Shown in pieces: positions 37,658 to 41,454 of a stretch of 41,454 nt of DNA. Each line of letters begins with the position of its first letter. Position 1 is the stretch's first letter. This DNA comes from an uncultured Candidatus Peribacteria bacterium (GTDB lineage: Bacteria > Patescibacteriota > Gracilibacteria > UBA1369 > LOWO2-01-FULL-3): the NCBI GenBank assembly GCA_964499425.1, contig CAZCLD010000006.1, forward strand, positions 1 through 41,454, read 5' to 3'. The notes beneath the pieces are model-generated. The model saw only the letters and a list, made by a program, of their open reading frames with translations. It had not been told where the DNA came from and made no database searches. The translations under genes and the position numbers were made by a program.

Positions 37658-38067
37658 GAGGCTGTTTTCTCGGCAGTAGTAATAACTAGGGTTATTACGA
37701 TTCTTGTTATTGAATAGGAAAGAATGATCGTCAGGAGTCCCAGCACAGCCCAAGTAAGGTGTTTTTTGGCCTGTTCTAGCTTTTCTGTATCTGCACCTCC
37801 AATAACCATGTTAAATGCTCCTAGGCCTATGATTATTACTGCCAGGGGAGCTGCAAAATATAGTAATGTTCCGGCGATTATTTGTAGAATGATGACTGTT
37901 GAGTCTCTTGCACCTTCTTCTTCCATCAATTCTGTGTTGTCTTCAAGTGCGAAAGGAGCATTTTCAGGTCTATATGATGAATCAATTTGCAAAGCATGAG
38001 TTGTTTGTAAGGCTAAAATAATTAGAAGCGAGCTTAGCCCTATTGTGGTTAGTATTTTTTTGAGCAT
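37654..38067 (-). CDS. VirB2/TrbC-like pilin 5
   Basis: Signal peptide, TM, GGADTEKLEQAKKHLTWAVLGL, TM. Confidence 0.8.
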   Translation of the reverse strand: MLKKILTTIGLSSLLIILALQTTHALQIDSSYRPENAPFALEDNTELMEEEGARDSTVIILQIIAGTLLYFAAPLAVIIIGLGAFNMVIGGADTEKLEQAKKHLTWAVLGLLTIILSYSITRIVITLVITTAEKTAS

Positions 38068-38490
38068 TTAGAAAAATTCAAATTTTGTTAATCCTGCGAT
38101 GATTCCATAGGCTGCTGCCATTATGGCCATGCCAATTACTAGGTAGAGTATAATATCTTTTGCCTTTGATATGTCTTCTTCCTGTCCCTTTGATATTATG
38201 TAGTATATTGCGGCTATTACGATTGCGACTAGGGCTATTAGCATTGCCCATTCTAGGATCGTTTTTACAGTAACAGTTATTATTGAGTCCACTTCTACAT
38301 CGGGTAGGTGTGCTACGTGGATTGTTTCTGGATAGTTTACTGCATCGGATTCGTATGTTTCTGCCGATCTATAAAGTACATCGTTTATATCCACCTTGTC
38401 TCCTTCTGCAAGAGCCATAGTGTTAAACATAGCTAAATTAAGTATAACTATGCCTATTAAAGAACTAATTTTTTTGATTAATTTATTCAC
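38068..38490 (-). CDS. VirB2/TrbC-like pilin 4
   Basis: Signal peptide, TM, SKGQEEDISKAKDIILYLVIG, TM. Confidence 0.8.
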   Translation of the reverse strand: MNKLIKKISSLIGIVILNLAMFNTMALAEGDKVDINDVLYRSAETYESDAVNYPETIHVAHLPDVEVDSIITVTVKTILEWAMLIALVAIVIAAIYYIISKGQEEDISKAKDIILYLVIGMAIMAAAYGIIAGLTKFEFF

Positions 38491-38938
38491 TTGGTTCTGG
38501 GGTTTCGATTGTGGGACTTCCGTCTAGTTGTTCGCCACTGCTGGATTTAAATTCTAAATTTACGATGATTGTAACTATTGTGTAGGAAAGCAATGCGATT
38601 ACGAAACCTACTAGAGCGTAAATTGTCTGGTTTTTGGCCTTTTCGACGGCTTCTTCATTTCCGTAAGCTACTCCAAATCTTACGCCTGCGATTACAAGAA
38701 ATAATAATGCTGCTGCACCTACGAATCCGATTAATGTGACGGTGTATTTCGGTAGAATATTGTCTACAAGAGCGGTTCTTCCTGACTCTGGCTTGTTTTC
38801 TTCTAATACTGGTCCGGGAAGATTTTTGGGTTTGGGAACTACCTGGAATTTAAAATCTCCTTCCGCGTATGCGACACTTAGACCAAAAGTGGTCATTAGT
38901 GTAACTGTTAGCAATATGTAGGTGAGTAATTTTTTCAT
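38483..38938 (-). CDS. VirB2/TrbC-like pilin 3
   Basis: Signal peptide, TM, AYGNEEAVEKAKNQTIYALVG, TM. Confidence 0.8.
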   Translation of the reverse strand: MKKLLTYILLTVTLMTTFGLSVAYAEGDFKFQVVPKPKNLPGPVLEENKPESGRTALVDNILPKYTVTLIGFVGAAALLFLVIAGVRFGVAYGNEEAVEKAKNQTIYALVGFVIALLSYTIVTIIVNLEFKSSSGEQLDGSPTIETPEPSE

Positions 38939-39591
38939 TATTTTACGAAAAATGTTGGATTGACTGTGTAGAGAATTAATCCTGAGAGGAGTAATACTGC
39001 GATTCCTGCAATTGATTGCAAGATGCGCTTTTTAGATGAAGTGACTGCTTCTTGATCTCCTCCTGCCGCTGAAATTTGGATCCCGCTGATCACGATTATC
39101 AATACTGCTACGATTCCTACCATACTTGCTCCCCAGCGGTAGATCATGCCGATATAGCCGTAGAGTAGGGAGGTGCCACCTTTGCTCAGGAGGACCTGAA
39201 CTTGTTTACAAGAATATTTGGCTTTTAAGTTGCCGCCAGTTGGTAGTCCTGTGTAGCATTTCTGATTCTTATTTGAGAATTCTGATGAAGTTATTAAATC
39301 CCCAGATTCACCATTAAATTGATAGGTATGTCTGTAGCAAATCCTATATCTGAAATCTCCCTCGTTGTTTTCTTTTGCTTCGAGTGGTTCTTCGACGATA
39401 GTGATCAAGAATCCGTCGTCAGCACCTGATCCATCTGCTTTATTGTCGATACATGGATTAGTTTTGGCATTATCGAGAGCTTTTTTTGCTTCTTCTACTT
39501 CTGTAGGCGATGGGTTGTCAGCCAATGCCATCGAACTAAAAAGAATGCTAACGATCGTAAACAGCGCTAATTTTGCGATTAGTTTTCTCAT
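38938..39591 (-). CDS. VirB2/TrbC-like pilin 2 with 4-Cys extracellular insert
   Basis: Signal peptide, about 115-aa insert, AGGDQEAVTSSKKRILQSIAG..ILYTVNP. Confidence 0.8.
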   Translation of the reverse strand: MRKLIAKLALFTIVSILFSSMALADNPSPTEVEEAKKALDNAKTNPCIDNKADGSGADDGFLITIVEEPLEAKENNEGDFRYRICYRHTYQFNGESGDLITSSEFSNKNQKCYTGLPTGGNLKAKYSCKQVQVLLSKGGTSLLYGYIGMIYRWGASMVGIVAVLIIVISGIQISAAGGDQEAVTSSKKRILQSIAGIAVLLLSGLILYTVNPTFFVK

Positions 39592-40010
39592 ACTGCGGCT
39601 TTGGAGACAAATAATGATTGGATAAAAATTACAATTACGTAAGCTAGGAAAGTGACCAAAAGCCCTATAATTGCGTACTTGAAAATGTCTTTGGCTTCGT
39701 CCAGCTTTTGTTGGTTTCCTTGTGCGAACATCATCATGAATCCAGCGGCGATTAGTAGAATAATCGCAAAGCTTCCCATAATTGCTACGAAGTAGTTGAT
39801 TACCTGCAAGATGAATTCTGCGATGGGAGAATGTTCGTTATCATCGTCGAAATAAGCTGCCTGTTGATCATCGTCGGATAATTTTAGTATCTCTTGTACT
39901 GGAAAAGTTGCTTCACTAAGATTGTCATTTGCTGCTGATGCTAGAGGAATAGCAATTAATCCTAGATTGAGGAGGATGGCACTGATTATGATAATTGCTA
40001 GTTTTTTCAT
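39588..40010 (-). CDS. VirB2/TrbC-like pilin 1
   Basis: Signal peptide, AGFMMMFAQGNQQKLDEAKDIFKYAIIGL. Confidence 0.8.
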   Translation of the reverse strand: MKKLAIIIISAILLNLGLIAIPLASAANDNLSEATFPVQEILKLSDDDQQAAYFDDDNEHSPIAEFILQVINYFVAIMGSFAIILLIAAGFMMMFAQGNQQKLDEAKDIFKYAIIGLLVTFLAYVIVIFIQSLFVSKAAV

Positions 40011-40025
40011 CTTTTGTTGTATTCA

Positions 40026-41069
40026 TTAGACATCAAATTCACGAGGGATATTTTCTATGGCTTTTTCCTCTGAGATAAGGCCAGCCTGTAATAGGTCGGT
40101 TACTGATTTCTTCATTGTTTGCATTCCTTCTTTTGTAGATGTTTCGATAACTGAGTTGATCTGGTGAGTTGAGGTTTTTCTGATCAAGTTTCCTATAGCG
40201 TTGTTGACGAACATGATTTCGTATGCGCCAACTCGGCCTTTATTGTCCTTGCTTTTGATTAGGCTTTGCCAGAAAACTGCTTTTAGACTCTCTGAAAGCT
40301 GAGTTCGGATTTGGTTTTGCTGATCTGCAGGAAAGGCATCGATGATTCTATTCACTGTGTCTGCGCAACCCATGGTGTGCAGTGTTGCGAAGACCAAGTG
40401 GCCCGTTTCTGCTGCGGTGATTGCCTGTTGTATTGTCTCTAAATCCCTCATTTCTCCGAGAAGAATGATATCCGGATTTTCTCTGAGTGCTGCACGTAGG
40501 GCTTTCTGAAAGCTTAGGGTATGTACTCCTACTTCTCTTTGTTGAATGACTGATTGATTGTTTTGGTGTACATATTCGATTGGATCTTCAATTGTTATGA
40601 TGTGTTTTTTCTGATTGCGGTTTATTTCGTTAATCATTGCACCCAAAGTGGTTGTTTTACCTGATCCGGTAGGTCCAGATACGATAACTAGTCCATTTTG
40701 GAGTGCTGTTGCCTTTTTCATCTGAGCGGGGAGGCTGAGTTGATCCATCGAGAGAACCGTTTCTGAAATCAACCTGAAAACTGCTGATATACCCTTTCTT
40801 TGAACGAACATGTTTACTCTGAAACGCGCAATGGATTCAATCTCCATTGAGAAATCTATGTCCAAGCTTTGTTCGAATTGCTTCTTTTGTTCAGGTGTTA
40901 ATATCTCAAGAAGGTACTCTTCTGCCAATTTTTTGGTGAGTACCTCGTGCTCCTGAATGATTATCATATCACCGTTTATTCTCAGTACAGGTTTGATACC
41001 TGTAGCAATGAAAATATCTGATGCTTGATATTGAGCTGCCGTTCTGAATATTTTCTCTAATTTATACAT
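40026..41069 (-). CDS. pilT: PilT/PilU-family pilus retraction ATPase
   Basis: ASDIF, RFRVN, GPTGSGKTT, TIEDPIE, LLGEMRD, ETGHLVFATLH, AIGNLIRK, GMQTM. Confidence 0.93.
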   Translation of the reverse strand: MYKLEKIFRTAAQYQASDIFIATGIKPVLRINGDMIIIQEHEVLTKKLAEEYLLEILTPEQKKQFEQSLDIDFSMEIESIARFRVNMFVQRKGISAVFRLISETVLSMDQLSLPAQMKKATALQNGLVIVSGPTGSGKTTTLGAMINEINRNQKKHIITIEDPIEYVHQNNQSVIQQREVGVHTLSFQKALRAALRENPDIILLGEMRDLETIQQAITAAETGHLVFATLHTMGCADTVNRIIDAFPADQQNQIRTQLSESLKAVFWQSLIKSKDNKGRVGAYEIMFVNNAIGNLIRKTSTHQINSVIETSTKEGMQTMKKSVTDLLQAGLISEEKAIENIPREFDV

Positions 41070-41075
41070 CGTAGT

Positions 41076-41084
41076 ATTATACCA
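41076..41084 (-). promoter_or_regulatory. extended -10 (TGgTATAAT) 6 nt upstream of pilT ATG
   Basis: Direct sequence match. Confidence 0.6.
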
Positions 41085-41348
41085 TTTTTTGGGGGTTAGA
41101 ACAAGGGGGAGGGAACGGAAAAGTCTCTTGTTGGTGGGGTGTTGGTGGTACGTGTTTGGTTGTTGCGGGTGGTTTTTGGGGATTTTTTTTGTTGTGGCTT
41201 TGTGCTGCGGATTTTTGAGTGGTTTTTCCCCGGGGATTTTTTTTGACTTGACGAAAATTCGGAGGGGGAAGAATTGTCCATTGTTTTCTCTCTCTCGATT
41301 TTTTCAGAAAGTTTTGATTTTCACTTTAAAAGTTGTCGAAAAATGGAT

Positions 41349-41383
41349 GAGGTGAGTGTTTGCTCACCTCTGCTCTTTGAAAA
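41349..41383 (+). promoter_or_regulatory. hairpin plus boxA-like antitermination element (possible rRNA operon leader)
   Basis: GAGGTGAG-6 nt-CTCACCTC immediately followed by TGCTCTTTGAAAA. Confidence 0.45.
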
Positions 41384-41454
41384 AATATAGCTTCAGACTT
41401 TGGTGCTCAAAAACATTGTATAGTCGCATAAGTAAGACAAAAACACCTTGCGTT

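Noticed and set aside
30185-41113. Two KOPS-like GGGGAGGG octamers on the plus strand (30185, 41106)
   Set aside because: Expected by chance on a G-rich strand; the FtsK motif in this lineage is unknown
41089-41355. 88-aa and 61-aa ORFs in the terminal region
   Set aside because: Low-complexity products of G/T skew with no credible start signals
1-41454. CRISPR arrays, IS elements, integrases, prophage, tRNAs, DGR repeats
   Set aside because: None recognised; the pilin paralogues share protein pattern only, with no long DNA repeats seen

Overview
Very compact, AT-rich bacterial chromosome segment. Gene content (VirB2/TrbC-like pilin array, type IV pilus genes, SLH protein, RNHCP protein, near-zero intergenic space) suggests Patescibacteria/CPR, probably Peregrinibacteria-like; this placement is inference. 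UGA behaves as a stop (several ATGA stop/start overlaps), so genetic code 11 applies. Housekeeping genes: gltX (interrupted by one in-frame TGA), ftsK, purQ, purL with an N-terminal double PurS-like fusion, secA, rnpB (about 520 nt, with a greatly expanded P12), galU, hsp20, ftsH, tilS and metG. Accessory genes: a complete histidine catabolic set (hutH-hutU-hutI divergent from a fused formiminotransferase-cyclodeaminase), a pilN-pilO-pilC plus four-pilin cluster, pilT followed by five tandem VirB2-like pilins, an SLH surface protein and a priming sugar transferase. Most notable: (1) an orphan 507-aa coiled-coil protein whose C-terminal domain matches the CheD/CNF1-type Cys-His deamidase fold, a candidate effector; (2) the split GluRS; (3) the pilT/VirB2-pilin operon; (4) the hut-FTCD module with a Ser-Ser-Gly MIO variant; (5) repeated -10 boxes 5-9 nt upstream of start codons, implying leaderless mRNAs. 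The window ends in a non-coding stretch resembling an rRNA-operon leader (hairpin plus boxA). All family calls are by-eye motif recognition; no database searches were run.
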